Positions 40,088 to 53,245 of a stretch of DNA of 64,000 bases are shown here, piece by piece. This DNA is from Mobula hypostoma (Eukaryota). The notes below the pieces were generated by a model, which searched no databases, was not told where the DNA came from, and saw nothing but the letters and a program-made list of their open reading frames with translations. The stretch's first letter is position 1. Each line of letters starts with the position of its first letter. Location: contig NC_086097.1 of the NCBI RefSeq assembly GCF_963921235.1, positions 153,762,001 through 153,826,000 of the forward strand, written 5' to 3'. A program made the translations under genes and the position numbers.

Positions 40088-43000
40088 AAGACAGTAAGAC
40101 CATAAGACATAGGAGCAGAAATAGGCCATCTGGCCCGTTGAGTCTTCTGAACCTCCTCTGGACCCTCTCCAATGCCAGCACTTCTTTTCTAAGATGAGGG
40201 GCCCAAAACTGTTCACAATAATCAAGGTGAGGCCTCACTAGTGCCTTATAAAGCCTCAGCTTCAGATCCTTGCTCTTGTATTCTAGACCTCTTGAAATGA
40301 ATACTAACATGGCATTTGCCTTCCTCACCACCAACCCAACCCGCAAAATAACTTCAGGGTGTTGTGCACAAGGACTCCCAAGTTCCTCTGCATCTCAGAT
40401 TCCTGGATTTTCTCCCCATTTAGAAAGTAGACTGCACATTTATGTCTACTACCAAAGTGCATGACCATGCATTTTCCAACATTGTATTTCATTTGCCACT
40501 TTCTTGCCCATTCTCCTATTCTAAGTCCTTCTGCATTCCACCTGTTTCCTCAACACTACCTGCCCCTCCAACAATTTTTGTATCATTTGCAAACTTGGTA
40601 ACAAAGCCAACAATTTCATCATCTAAATCATTTATATACGGCATAAAAAGAAGTGGTCCCAACACCGACCCCTGTGGAACATCACTAGTCACTGGCAGCC
40701 AACCAGAAAAGGATCCTTTTATTCCCATTCACTGCCTCCTACCAATCAGCCAATGCTCCAACCATGTTAATAACTTTCCTGTAATACCATCGGCTCTTAA
40801 CTTGGTAAGCAGCCTCATTTGTGGCACCTTGTCAAAGGCCTTCTGAAAGTCCAAATATACGACATCCACTACATCCCCTTTATCTATCCTATCTGTAATC
40901 TCCCTAAACAATTCCAACAGGTTCATCAGGCAGGATTTTCCCTGAAGGAAACCATCCTGACTTGGTGCTATCTTGTCCTGTGTCACCAAGTACTCCATCA
41001 CCTTATCCTTAACAATTGACTCTAACGTCTTTAGAATCACTGAGGTCAGGCTAACTGATCTATAATTTCCTTTCTGGTGCCTTCCTCCTCTCATAAAGTG
41101 TGGGGTAACATTTGCAATTTTCCAGTCCTCTGGCACCATGCCAGAGTCCAATGATTTTTGAAAGATCATTTCTAATGCCACCAAAATCTCTAATGCTACC
41201 TCTTTCAGAACCCTAGGGTACAGTTTCTCTGGTCCGGGTGAGTTATGTACCTTTAGGTCTTTCATCTTTTTGAGCACCTTCTCTCTTGTAACAGTTACTG
41301 CACCCACTTCTCTTCCTTCACACAGTATAATATCAGGCATACTGCTAGTGTCTTCCACAGTGAAGACTGACGCAAAGTACTCATTTTGTTCATCAGCAAT
41401 CTCCTTGTCCCCCGTTATTATTTCTCCTGTCTCATTTTCTAGTGGTTCTATATCCACTCTCATTTCTCTTTTATTTTTAACATACATGAAAAAACCTTTA
41501 CCATCATCTTTGATATTATTTGCTAGCTTGCTTTCATATTTCATCTCTTCCATTCTAATAATTTTTTTAGTTGCTCTCAGTAGTTTTTTAAAAACTTCCC
41601 AATCCTCTATCTTCCCACTAATTTATGCTTTGTTATATGCCCTTTTTTTTGCTCTTACAGTAGTTTTGACTTCCTTTGTCAGCCATGGTTGTACTATTTT
41701 ACCATTTGAGTATTTCTTCATTTTTGGAATATACATGTCCTGCACCTTTCTCATTTTTCCCAGAAATGCATGCCATTGAGGCTCTATTGACATCCCTGAC
41801 TTTGACCAACTCCTCTCTCATACCACTGTAATTTCCCTTACTCCACTGAAATACTGCTACATCAGACTTTACTTTATCCCTACCAAATTTCAGGTTGAAC
41901 TCAATCATATTGTGATCACTGGTTCCTAAGGATTCTTTTACCTTAAGTTCCCTAATCGCCGCTGGTTCATTACACAACACCCAATCCAATATAGCTGATC
42001 CCTTAACAGGCTCAACGACAAACTGCTCTAAAAAGCCAACTCTTCTCAAACTCATTCTCCTGAGATCCATTACCAACCTGATTTTCCCAATTGACCTGCA
42101 TGTTAAAATATCCCATGACTACCAAAGCATTGCCCTTTTGACTTGCCTTTTCTATTTCCTGTTTCAGCCTGTGATCCACCTCCTACCACTGTTGGGAGGT
42201 CTGTACATAACTGCCATCAACGTCCTTTTACCCTTGCAGTTTCTTAACTCAACCCACAAGGACTCAACATCTTCTGATCCTATGTCACATCTTTCTACTG
42301 ATTTGATGCTATTTGTTATCAGTAGAACTACACCACCCCCTCTGCCTACCTTCCTATCTCTCCGATATATTACGTGTAACCTTGGACATTCAGCTCCCAA
42401 CTACAACCATCCTTCAGCCACGATTCAATGATGGCCACAACATCATACCTGGCAATCTGTAATATTGCGACAAGATTATCCACTTTATTTCTTATACTAC
42501 ACGCATTTAGACACAACACCTTGAGTACCATATTTGCTAACTTTTCTGATTCTGCATCTCTAGAGATTTGATACTCAGCCTGTTGGCTGCAACTAAGTCC
42601 CATCACCTGCCTGCCCTTCCTGACAATCTGACTGCACGCTACCTTTGCTTTTTTTTACCATCCATCCTTTCCTGAGTCCCTTCACTCGGGTTCCCACCCC
42701 TCTGCCAAGTTATTTTAACCCTCCCCAAAAGCTTTAATAAACCTGCCCATGAGAATATTGAACCTCTCCAGTTCAGGAGCAGCACACCACTTTTGAACAG
42801 TTATACCTCCCCCAGAAGAGATCCCAGTTATCCAAGAACCTGCAACTCTGCCCCCTGTACCAGCTTCTCAGCCACATACTTATCTGCCCAATCATCCTGT
42901 TTCTACCCTCACTGGCGCGTGGCACAGGCAGTAATCCAGAAATTACTACCCGGGAGGTCCTTCTTCTCAGCTTTCTACCTAGATCTCTAAATTCTCTTTT

Positions 43001-44000
43001 CAGGACCTCATTGCTTTCCAGGACCTATGTTATTGGTACCAATATGTACCAAGACATCTGGCTGCTCCTCCTTCCTCTCCAAAATGTCGTCGACGCAATC
43101 TGAGACATCAGTAAACCTGGCACTTGGGAGGCAACATACCATCCGGGTATCCTGTTCATGTCCACTGAATTTCCTGTCTGTTCCCCTCACTATCGAGTTC
43201 CCTATCACTACCGCTCCCCTCTTCTCTCTCTCTTCCTCTTCTGCACCATGGACCCATGCTCAGTGCCTGTAACCCGGTCGCCATGGCATTCTCCCGGGAG
43301 GTCATCCCCCACAAAAGTATCCAAAGTGATATACTTGTTTTTGAATGGAATAGTCACATGGGAACTCTGCTCTAACTGTCTATTCCTACCATATTTCTTC
43401 TGATAGTCACCCAGTTACTCGCCTCCTGCAACTTTGGGGTGACTACTTCTCCATAACTTTGATCAATTATATCCTCGCTCTCCCGTCCAAGCCAAAGGTC
43501 CTACAGTTACTGCTCCGGATCCCTAACACAGTCTTCAAGGAGCGCAGCTGGATGCACTTCACACAGATGTAGTTCCCCAGGAGACTCTGGGTCTCCCAGT
43601 TCTCCAACATCCAGCATGAGGAGGACACCACAGCCATTTAAATGGTACAGTAACAGAGGAAGAAAACAAAAAGGAAACCTTAACAGATGCTTTACACAGA
43701 GCTAACACCCCTTCCTAGCCAAAGCCTCCTTTGAGCCAAAACCTATCACTTCGACTTTCACAACTGGTCTACTCCCGACAATGGCCGCTTTACTTATCCC
43801 TTCTGTACTTTTATTTATTTCATAGAGCTTTGTTAATGCCGCTGATAGGCCACGTATAATGGACAAACACCCTCAAAGCTCCCTTTTTAAATAACCGCTG
43901 CCGACCTGCAAGAATTACCTCTTGGTAGAGCTCTGTTGACACCGTTGACAGGCAACGTACAATGGACAAACACCCTCGAAGCTCCCTTTTTAACTAGTTG
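40085..44000 (-). mobile_element. Near full-length CR1-type LINE (5'UTR, ORF1, ORF2) with a deletion near the 3' end
   Basis: ORF1 IGNSIVRG..VHIGTNN (SGNH-like). APE CLNACSIRNK, IIESWL, YRPP. RT YLDFQKAFDKV, VPQGSVLGP, FAND. Confidence 0.92.
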
Positions 44001-44039
44001 CTCTCGTTCCTGTGGAGTGAGCGGAAGGAGTTGCTGATG

Positions 44040-46560
44040 TGAGAGGTCTAATGAGTCCTCCAGCAAGAAAGAAAATTTCGAGATGGTATCAGCAATTGCA
44101 TCACTGGCGGATAAATGACAATGTGCACCAGTGGACAGTCAAAGTTATCGTAGTCGGAGAATGTTCTTGGGATTAAAGCCCACCCCCAAGGAGGAAGAGG
44201 AATATGAAACTTGGGTGGAGCAGACATCTCAGATGCTGGATGAGTAGCAGTGCTCTGATAACGTGAAAAGACAGTGACTGATAGAGAGTCTAAAAGGTCT
44301 GCCTGCAGAGGTGATGACATCCTTGAAGCTAGAGAACCCCTTTGCTACTTCCGTGGGCTACATTCAAGCATTAGAAGGCGTTTTTGACATGATGGGAAGC
44401 ACATTGGAGCTTGTGACAGGGTTTAGGAGCACCTTTCTGCCTACCTTTTCTGGCTGAAGAGACAGCTGCTTTGCTTGCAGTGTAAAGGGGCCATCCAATT
44501 GGCTGAGGTGAATCAATTAAGGATGGACCAAGTATGAAGGGCTGGAAATGGATGGAGAGTGGAAGAGCATTCCTGCACCTGCAGTTAAAAAAAACATGCC
44601 AATTTTCCACCACAGAGAAATCAGAGGCAAGGCAAGGGCATGATATTGCTGTGGATCATTTGGGATCTTCTGGTTGTGCCATCCCACAAGCTTACTGCAA
44701 CGTGACCACTCTGAATATGAAGCAGCTGCCTGCGTTGAGTCCTGGGGACGTGGCTGCCACTCAGCAAGAGAGGTGCCGTTTGGTCAGCTATTGTGAAAGA
44801 GGATATAAACACCCTGCCCTACCTCCACTGCTGAGAGAATGGAACAAACTGGAGTTGAGGAACCAGGTTCTGTACCAAGTCAAGTCTCCTCCATGCAAGT
44901 TTTGGCATTCCCTGTTGGTTTTGTCTGAGAAGCATCTGACGATTGTGTTGAAGTCACCTCATAATGATTCAGGTCACTTGGTGTTTGACAAGGTCTAGGG
45001 ATTGAAATGAGATTGGTTCTACTGGCCTCAAATGAAGCTTGTGTTCGAAGAGTACTGTAACTCATGCACTTGATGTATTCAGAGGGAGATGCTACCTATG
45101 AGGGCCACTCAGTTATCCCATTTGCAGAGTGCAGAGCCACTTGATCGAGTATGTATGGATTTCTTCTCTATAGATTCTGATTCCAGCAACACAGCAAATA
45201 TCTTGATTATTACTGATCACTACACCAGATACACTCAAGCCTACCCAACAAGTATATCATTCATTAAGGTCTTCCCAGATGGATACACAGTTATCAAGGA
45301 AGGGATTTTGACAGTAGGCTCATACGTAAGTTACTGACAATGCTTGGAGTCGAGAAGTTGAGAACTAAGCCTTATCATCCTAAGGGTGATCCCCAGCCCA
45401 AGAGATTCAAACGGGTATTGCTAGACATGCTCAGAACCCTGAATATCAGCAAGAAGAGTAAATGGATTTAGCATGTTGGGCATCTGGTCCACGGATAGAA
45501 TCGTACACAGAATAAAGCTACTGGATACTCGCCATATTACGTGATGTTTGGGCACGAAGCAAGTTTGACCATAAACCACTGTTCTGGAACTGGTGGGGAA
45601 GACTTGCCACAGAAGACCTATGTATCTGACATGAGGAGGGAATTGCAAAAGGCTTATGAACTAGCAGAGTTCTCTGCTACCAAGCAGAATTAAGGAATCA
45701 AGAAGAGATATGATCAAAAGATTAGGTTCTCCCAATTGATGCCCGGAGTCAAGAGTTCTCATGAGGAGTTTGGGGCTACCAGGGAAGCATAAGTTGGCTG
45801 ACCACTGGGTGTCTACACCTTAAGTAGTGGAAAGTCAGATGAAAAATGTGCCAGTTTTTCGGGTGAAGCTAGAAGACGGGAATTGACCTGTCAAAATTCT
45901 CCATCAGAACTACCTTTTACCTTTGGGACAAGGGGTATGCGTTGACCCAGAGCCTGACGTGGACCACACACCTAGTAGGAGGGCTCTGCAGTAATGTGGG
46001 AGAACAGAAAGACAATCAGTGGGGAGACCTGAGGGGGGCGTCACCGCTGAATGTTGTATGGACTCAAAGGATAAGGAAAAGCGGGTGTGGAATATGTTAC
46101 CTTATGCAAACTGCCTAACAATTGATGAAGAAGTTCCCGAAACTCCTCATGCTGATGTGGATGTAGCGGGGTTGGGGGGTGGGAGGTGTGGACTAGCAGT
46201 GGGCAGGCAGGCTTGTGGCTGGACAGTGAAGGGAAACTGAGCTCCAACATAACTGGGGATGAAGCTGAGCTTAGTCAATTGATAGGGGGACCCGGAAGGC
46301 ACTAGTAATGGACAGGGGGAGGTCTCTCCAAGCAGACAAGAATGATTGCAAGAAGCGTCTGAGACTGAAGAAGTGGATGATGGGATAAGGAGGTCCCAAT
46401 GAGTCAGGAAACCTCTGATAGGCTGGATGCACTGGGGGAACAGAGTGTTGCTCCCCCTAGTGTATATGTCACTAATGGATTGGAGGTTCTGACATCATGA
46501 AATTCCTGTATTATCAAAGATGGGTTGATAAATTCCATTCATGAGGACATAGCTATATTT
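44040..46560 (+). mobile_element. Decayed Gypsy internal region: PNMA-like gag plus integrase; no RT recognised
   Basis: 44160-44400 resembles PNMA-type gag (PTP..EEEYETWVEQTSQMLDE..LIESLKG). Integrase HNDSGH, FYWPQM, VCMDF, ILIITDHYTRYTQAYPT, PYHPKGDPQP. Confidence 0.8.
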
Positions 46561-46572
46561 TACTGCTAATAT

Positions 46573-47305
46573 TGTAGGGTATTTCACGTCATGGTTTTCT
46601 GTACGAGCAGTGTGATCTGCTGGTAGTGTTTGGGTTACCGTTAAAGGTAAGGGATGCTTAGGAATGTTATGTTATCCAATCAGGATGGTGGGACTGGGAG
46701 AAGGTTCTGGAGAACGCTGGGGGAGAGGTTTTGTGATGGACACTGAGGTGGGTCGAGGTCTTTTTTCAGCAGGAGATGGAGAGAGAAGAAGCTCGAGAGA
46801 ACCAGCTGTAGGATTCAATCCGGCAGGAATAATGCAATCCAGTGGAGCCCAGGAGGGGGAGTTCTACCGGGGATCAGTGAAAATAAGTTGGTGCCGTGAG
46901 TACATGGGACATGACGGCTTTTGAAAGACTTGAGCTCCAATCTGTGCACATTGGACTGTTTAATTATAAGGGGCCCATTTGTTTTTTTTCCGTTAATAAC
47001 TCTTCGGTTAAGTTAACGTTCTTATATATATAAAAATATACTTTTTTTTATTATTGTATGCAGTGTACAATCTGTTATTTCTTGCCAATGGGCAACAGCA
47101 TGGGGGCAATAAGTTTCACAGTATTCACACAGATCAGAGTTTGGGTGGGCGACATATCCCTACCACACTTGGGCAGGTCCCAAGTCATATCCGCTCTATG
47201 TACAGAGTCTGAGAGATGTGGTTTTCTCACTGCTGAGACCGGTGGCTATTAATAAGGGGCTAACCAGCCACATCTCTAGAGCTGCCCAGTAGAAAGGGGT
47301 TTCGC
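46573..47305 (+). mobile_element. Probable 3' LTR of the 44040-46560 Gypsy
   Basis: Starts with TGT shortly after ATGAGGACAT at the end of the internal region. CCAAT box present. Right boundary uncertain. Confidence 0.45.
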
Positions 47306-49024
47306 CAGCTTGAGCTGAAAAAAAATAGTCAATATCGAGAATATGAACTACAGAGTCCGTGAAACTTATTCCACAGGTTGAGGAATCAGTTAAGTGTTTT
47401 GGTGAGTGAAGTTTTCCAATCTGGTCCAAGAGCTTGTACTTCCTTTCTGATGGCAGCAGTGAGAATCAGTGCATATCTGACACTTTGTACTGTTACTCAT
47501 GCATGGTTTCTATAGTCTACAGTTTCAGCAGCCAGCAACTCTCAGTATTTCTCTCCTCATTGTATTGGAAATTACTCTAATTTAAAGTCAATTCAAAGTT
47601 CCTCTATAAAATATAAAAATCCTTGCAGTCTCGGACAACATTGTTTACCATGTTTTCTCCATAGATGAAGGAACTTTTCACACTAAACATTATTGCAAGC
47701 AACAACACATAGAACAGTAGATTACATGATATGTCCTTATTAAAATTATATGTGCCAAACGGTCCTGCTGAATGGTCTTGGCCCAAAATATCTATTGTAC
47801 TTTTCCATAGATGCTACCTGGCCTCCTGAGTTCCTCTAGCATTTTGTATGTGTTGCTTGGATTTCCAGCATCTGCAGATCTTCTCTTATTTGTGATTATA
47901 CCTGTAACCTATATGTTACAGGTATAAATCTGACATCCCTAAACCTGCAGCTGAATTGCATCAAATAGTTCAAATGGTCATCATGGTGATGATGTTTTTG
48001 GAAGATGTCTCAGAAGTTTTCGCTTATTGTCCATCCCTGAAGACAGTTTTTGTTCTGCTGATGGTAACTGGGTTAAGAACAGCCAACATGACTAGCACTA
48101 ATAGAGATCACAAATAATGAGACCACCATTTAACCCCAGTGACAAGAAATATACTTAGCTCCTAAATATAAATCTGTTAGCAGCACTACACAAGATATTG
48201 TACTGTTTACCACCATCAGACATTCCAATCCTATCAGTTTGAGCTTGACATGACTGACTTCGTACAGCACCCCCACCACCCTGAGGTATAATATTGCACT
48301 GTTCCAATCATTGCACTACATAGACCTATAGACTCCTCTATAACACTGGGTTCTCAATCATACTGAAAGCTCTTCAATCCTTACAGGAGCCCCTTAATTG
48401 CTTTTGGACGTCGGGTAGCATCAGATTGTGGAAACTCCTCACTAGCTATGGATGAACAAATATTAGAATTGTATTACTGAATAACATTTTACAAGCCTAT
48501 GTATAAAATTAGCGTGTTTAGAAAATATTGACAAATTATGAGAAACTTTAGTCTCAGACTGCATCCTGCTGATATATCTGCCCTCCAAATACTGAATATT
48601 TTTGGAAAGAGCTGAACATACTTCGCAATTTAACCTGCGTCCATAACAATGTACTTTGTTTAATCTTCATTACTCATTAGATCAATTGACTAAAAGAGGA
48701 TTTTTTAAATGTATCCAGAGTGACGTGATTTTGAAAAATGTTTCTTCCAACTTAAAAATAGAATACACAAGAGACTGTCGATGCTGGAATCAGGGGCGAA
48801 AACCAAACAGCTGGAGGACCTCACAGTAGCTTCTGTGGAGGGAAATGTACCACTGTTGTTTTAGGTCAAAATCCTACATCAGCCTGAATCATCTGTAAAC
48901 CATCTTTTTGCCACTGCAGATGCTGTTTGACCTTATGTGGTCCTCCAGCACTTTGGTTTTTTCTGCTTCAAATACGATTTCTAATGGATGTTTTCCAAAT
49001 TTTATATCAAAATTGTTAGATATA

Positions 49025-49580
49025 CACTCAGTGGCCACTTTCTAAGGTAGACCAGTACACCTGCTTGCTAATGCAAATATCTAATCAACCAATCATGTGG
49101 TAGCAACTCAATGCATGCAGATATTGTCAAGAAGCTCAGTTGTTTTCTGCCAAACATCAGAATGGGGAAGAAATGTGATCGAAGTAACTTTAACCTCCAA
49201 ATGATTGTTGGTGCCAGACAGGATGGTTTGAGTATCTCAGAAACTGCTGCTTTCCTGGGACTTCCATGCTCAACATTCATTAGGATTTACAGTGGGTGGT
49301 GCAAAAAAAAAAACACAAAAACAAAACATTCAGCTAGCAGCAATTCTGCAGCCAAAAATGCCTTGTTAATGATAGAGGTCAGAGGAAAATGGCCAGACTG
49401 GTTCATGTTGACAGGAAGGTAACAGTAAATCAAATAACCATGCTTTACAACAGTGGTGTGAAAAAGAGCATCTTTGAATGCACAACACATCAAACCTTAA
49501 AGCAGCAGAGGACCACAAATGTACACTCAGTGGCCACTTCATTAAGTACAGGAGGTACCTAATTCAGAGTCCACCAAATA
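49025..49580 (+). mobile_element. Tc1-derived non-autonomous element
   Basis: TA-CACTCAGTGGCCACTTT start, repeated internally at ~49524. Residual MIVGARQDGLSISETA transposase N-terminus. Confidence 0.8.
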
Positions 49581-49871
49581 TACAGAGAATTTTTTTCTTC
49601 AGGATTTCCAACACCATGGTTGTTCCTGAAGCTATGTGTCACATTTGCACCTGTTTGGCTTATATTTCCTATTTTTAAAAAGCTGCAACATATCACAACT
49701 GAACAGATGGAGCAAAAGAACATGTACAAATATAGCATCTATCCAATGTTCAACAGTGACAACTTTTATAAGTATCACTGATAATAGTAAAATATTCAAA
49801 CAGTTTTCAGAGAAACATTATCAACTAGAATATGACACTGAAAGATATGTGGAACTATTATAGCAGGTGAT

Positions 49872-50062
49872 ACAGTGCTTTCCCAGCATAGATGACAAAT
49901 AAACTCTCCTCGGGCTTCCAGCCGGGTACAGTTATTGATTATAACCAATGCTTCAATGACAAACTCTGCCGTCTTCATCAGGGATGAAGAGTTTGTCATC
50001 GAAATGTCAGATATAATCGTTATCTGTACCCGGTTGGAAGCCGAGAAGAGTTTATTCATATC
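49872..50062. mobile_element. Inverted pair of Penelope-like terminal repeats (second family)
   Basis: 49898-49967 is the imperfect reverse complement of 49988-50056. CTGATGA core on the minus strand at 49975-49981. Confidence 0.65.
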
Positions 50063-50249
50063 ATTGCTGGTATCCTGAACTTTAGTTAAAGGGTTAGAGT
50101 AAAAGGGCATTTTATGAGTAGGACTTGCAAGGCTGTGATGTTTAGTGAGGTCTTTGTAAAGATGAATAAAAGAGTAGCTGTCAATTGTGAGACAAAATAA
50201 AGTTGGGTTACTTTTACTTTGCACCAATTGACAAGCCACAATAACAGGT

Positions 50250-52288
50250 ACATGATGAGGTTAAGGGAAAGGCAGTTTTGGAGCTTCTGAAAAGCATTGG
50301 GATAGATATGTCCCTGGGGCCAGTTGGAATATGTCCCAGGTTATTATGGGAACTAGGGAAGAGATTGCTGGGGCATTGACAATGGTTTTTACATCCTTAC
50401 TGACAATATTAGCACCAGAGAATTGGAGGATAGCAAATGCTGTTCCATTGTTCAAGCAATAGAGATAATCCAATAGGGATTAGTTTGCGTGATTGGATTC
50501 AAGAACCAAGAATTCCTGTTGCAGCTCTATAAAGCTCGAGTTAGACCACACTTGGAACATTGTGATCACTTCTGTAACAGCAAAGATGTGGAAGCTTTAG
50601 AGATGGTGCTGAGAAAATTTACCAGTTGTTGTAGAATACACCTTCTACAGGCGGTGACCAGTGGGGTACCACAGGGTTCAATGCTGGGACCGCAGCTATT
50701 TACAATATATATTAATGATTTATATGAGAGAACTAAAAGTAACATTAGCAAATTTGTCGATGGCACAAAGCTGGGTGGCAGTGTGAAATGTGAAGGAGAT
50801 GTTATGAGAATGCAGGGTGACTTGGACAGGCTGGGTGAGTGGGCAGATGCATGGCAGATGCAGTTTAATGTGGATAAATGTGAGGTTATCCACTTTGGTG
50901 GTAAGAACGGGAAGGCAGATTATTATCTAAATGGAGTCAAGTTAGGAAAAGGGGAAGCACAACGAGATCTAGGTATTCTTGTACATCAGTCACTGAAAGC
51001 AAGCATGCAAGTACAGCAGGCAGTGAAGAAAGCTAATGGCATGCTGGCCTTCATAACAAGGGGAATTGAGTATAAGAGCAAAGAGGTCCTTCTGCAGCTG
51101 TACAGGGCCCTGGTGAGACCACACCTGGAGTACTGTGTGCAGTTTTGGTCTCCAAATTTGAGTAAGGACATTCTTGCTATTGAGGGAGTGCAGCGGAGGT
51201 TCACAAGGTTAATTCTCGGGATGGCGGGACTGTCATATGTCGAAAGGTTAGAGCGACTGGGCTTGTATACTCTGGAATTTAGAAGGCTGAGAGGGGATCT
51301 TATTGAAACATATAAGATTATTAAGGGATTGGACACGCTGGAGGCAGGAAGCATGTTCATGCTGATGGGTGAGTCCAGAACCAGAGGCCACAGTTTAAGA
51401 ATTAGGGGTAGGCCATTTAGAATGGAGTTGAGGAAAAACTTTTTCACCCAGAGAGTGGTGGATATACGGAATGCTCTGCCCCAGAAGGCTGTGGAGGCCA
51501 AGTCTTTGGATGCTTTCAAAAAAGAGATGGATAGAGCTCTTAAAGATAGCGGAATCAAAGGATACGGGGATAAGGCAGGAACTGGATACTGATTGTGGAT
51601 GATCAGCCATGATCACAGTGAATGGTGGTGCTGGCTCGAAGGGCCGAATGGCCTACTCCTACACCTATTGTCTATTGTCTATTATTCTGGTGCTACTTGG
51701 ACACGTCTTCAGTGATGAACCCAGGGTCATAGGGTGCTTTGAGTCTTTAATCATCAGACAACCTCGACCGGGCGACCCAGCTGGGGGTGATCAGCCCCCA
51801 ACTTGTGTCCAAGTGGCACACTAAGCCACAGATCCCCCCTCTCCGGATTCTTCCTGGATTAGAGAATATTTTATGAGAAAAGATTGAGCAGGCTGGGGCC
51901 TTTCTCTTTAGAGTGAAGGAGGATTAGTGGTGACTTGTTAGAGGTGTATAAGATTATGAAAGGCATTGATGGAGCCAGTGCCTTATTTCCAGAGTGACAT
52001 TGGTCAATACAAGAGAATATCTGTTAAAGATGAGAGGAGGAATGTTCAGTGGAGATGTGACAGAGTGGTAGGTGACTAAAACACACAGCTGGAGGGTGAT
52101 GGTAGAGTCTAACTCAATAGTGACATTTAAAAAACTCTTAGATATGCACAAGGATTTAAGAAAAATTGAGGTTTATTGATTGTGTAGGAGGGAAGGATTA
52201 GATTGATTGTATAGTAGGTTACATAGGTCAGTGCAACATCATGGGCCAAAGGGCCAATACTGTACTGTTCTCTGTTCTCTATTCTATA
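50250..52288 (+). mobile_element. Old CR1-type LINE interrupted at ~50625-51843
   Basis: PENWRIANAVPLFK and LQLYKARVRPHLEHC..RKFT, resuming at ~51845 through a CR1 3' tail (TGTTCT)n. Confidence 0.75.
50648..51680 (+). mobile_element. Young 5'-truncated CR1-type LINE (subfamily B) with open ORF2 end
   Basis: VTSGVPQGSMLGP..FVDGTKL.. open to the stop at 51592. (CTATTGT)n tail. The catalytic FADD motif reads FVDG. Confidence 0.93.
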
Positions 52289-53245
52289 TGGCAGATTCGT
52301 GAGTCTTTTTAAAATCAGAATCAGAATCGGGTTTAATATCACCGGCATATGTTGTGAAATTTGTTAATTTGGCGGCAGCAGTACAATTCAATACATGATA
52401 ATATAGAAAAAGATAAACAGATCAATTAAAGTAAGTATATATGTACTTTAAATAGTTTATCCATTTTGAAATCAGATGGCAGAGAGGAAGAAGCTGTTCC
52501 TGAATCTCTGAGTGTGTGTTTTCATGCTCCGGTACCTCCTTCCAGATGGTAACAATGAGAAGAGGGCATGTCCTGAGTGATGGGGGCAGCTTTTCTGAGC
52601 ACCACTCCTTGAAAATCTCTTGGAGACTACAGAGCCTAGTACCCAGGATGGAGCTGACTAATTGTACAACTTTCTGTAGCTTCTTTCGATCCAGTGCAGT
52701 AGACACCCCGCCCCACCCCCACCATACCAGATAGTGATGCAGCCAGTCAGAATGCTCTACCTGGTACATCTGTAGAAGTTTTCAAGTGTTTTAGGTGACA
52801 AACCAAATTTCTTCAAACTCCTAATGAAATATAGCCACTGTCTTGCCTTCTTTATAGTTGCATCTATACGTCAGGACCAGGTTAGATCCTCAGAGACCTT
52901 GACAGTCAGGAACTTGAAATTGTTCACTCCCTCCACTTCTGATCCCTTTATGAGGATTGGTTCAATGTTCCCTCATCTTACCCTTATTGAAGTCCACATT
53001 CAGATCTTTCATCTTACTGATATTGAGTACACGGTTGTTGTACAACACCACTCAACTTGCTAGTATGTCTCACTCCTGTATGCCCTCTCATCGCCATCTG
53101 AAAATCTACCAATAATGGTTGTATCATCAGCAAATTTATAGATGGCATTTGAACTATACCTCACCACACAGAGAGAGCAGATTAGTGAGCTAAGTACACA
53201 TCCCTGAGCTGCAGCAGTGTTGTTTGTCAGCAAAGAAGAGATATT

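Noticed and set aside
44040..44420. Domesticated PNMA-family gene
   Set aside because: Multiple stops and frameshifts, followed by integrase and LTR-like sequence, indicate a decayed Gypsy gag.
50986..51558. 190-aa antisense ORF (related ORF at 12654-13019)
   Set aside because: Shadow ORF opposite a young CR1 ORF2. Its recurrence only reflects copy identity.
50489..51592. 367-aa ORF as a functional gene or intact RT
   Set aside because: Chance in-frame fusion of an old CR1, a short spacer and a young 5'-truncated CR1. The catalytic motif reads FVDG and the RT N-terminal half is absent.
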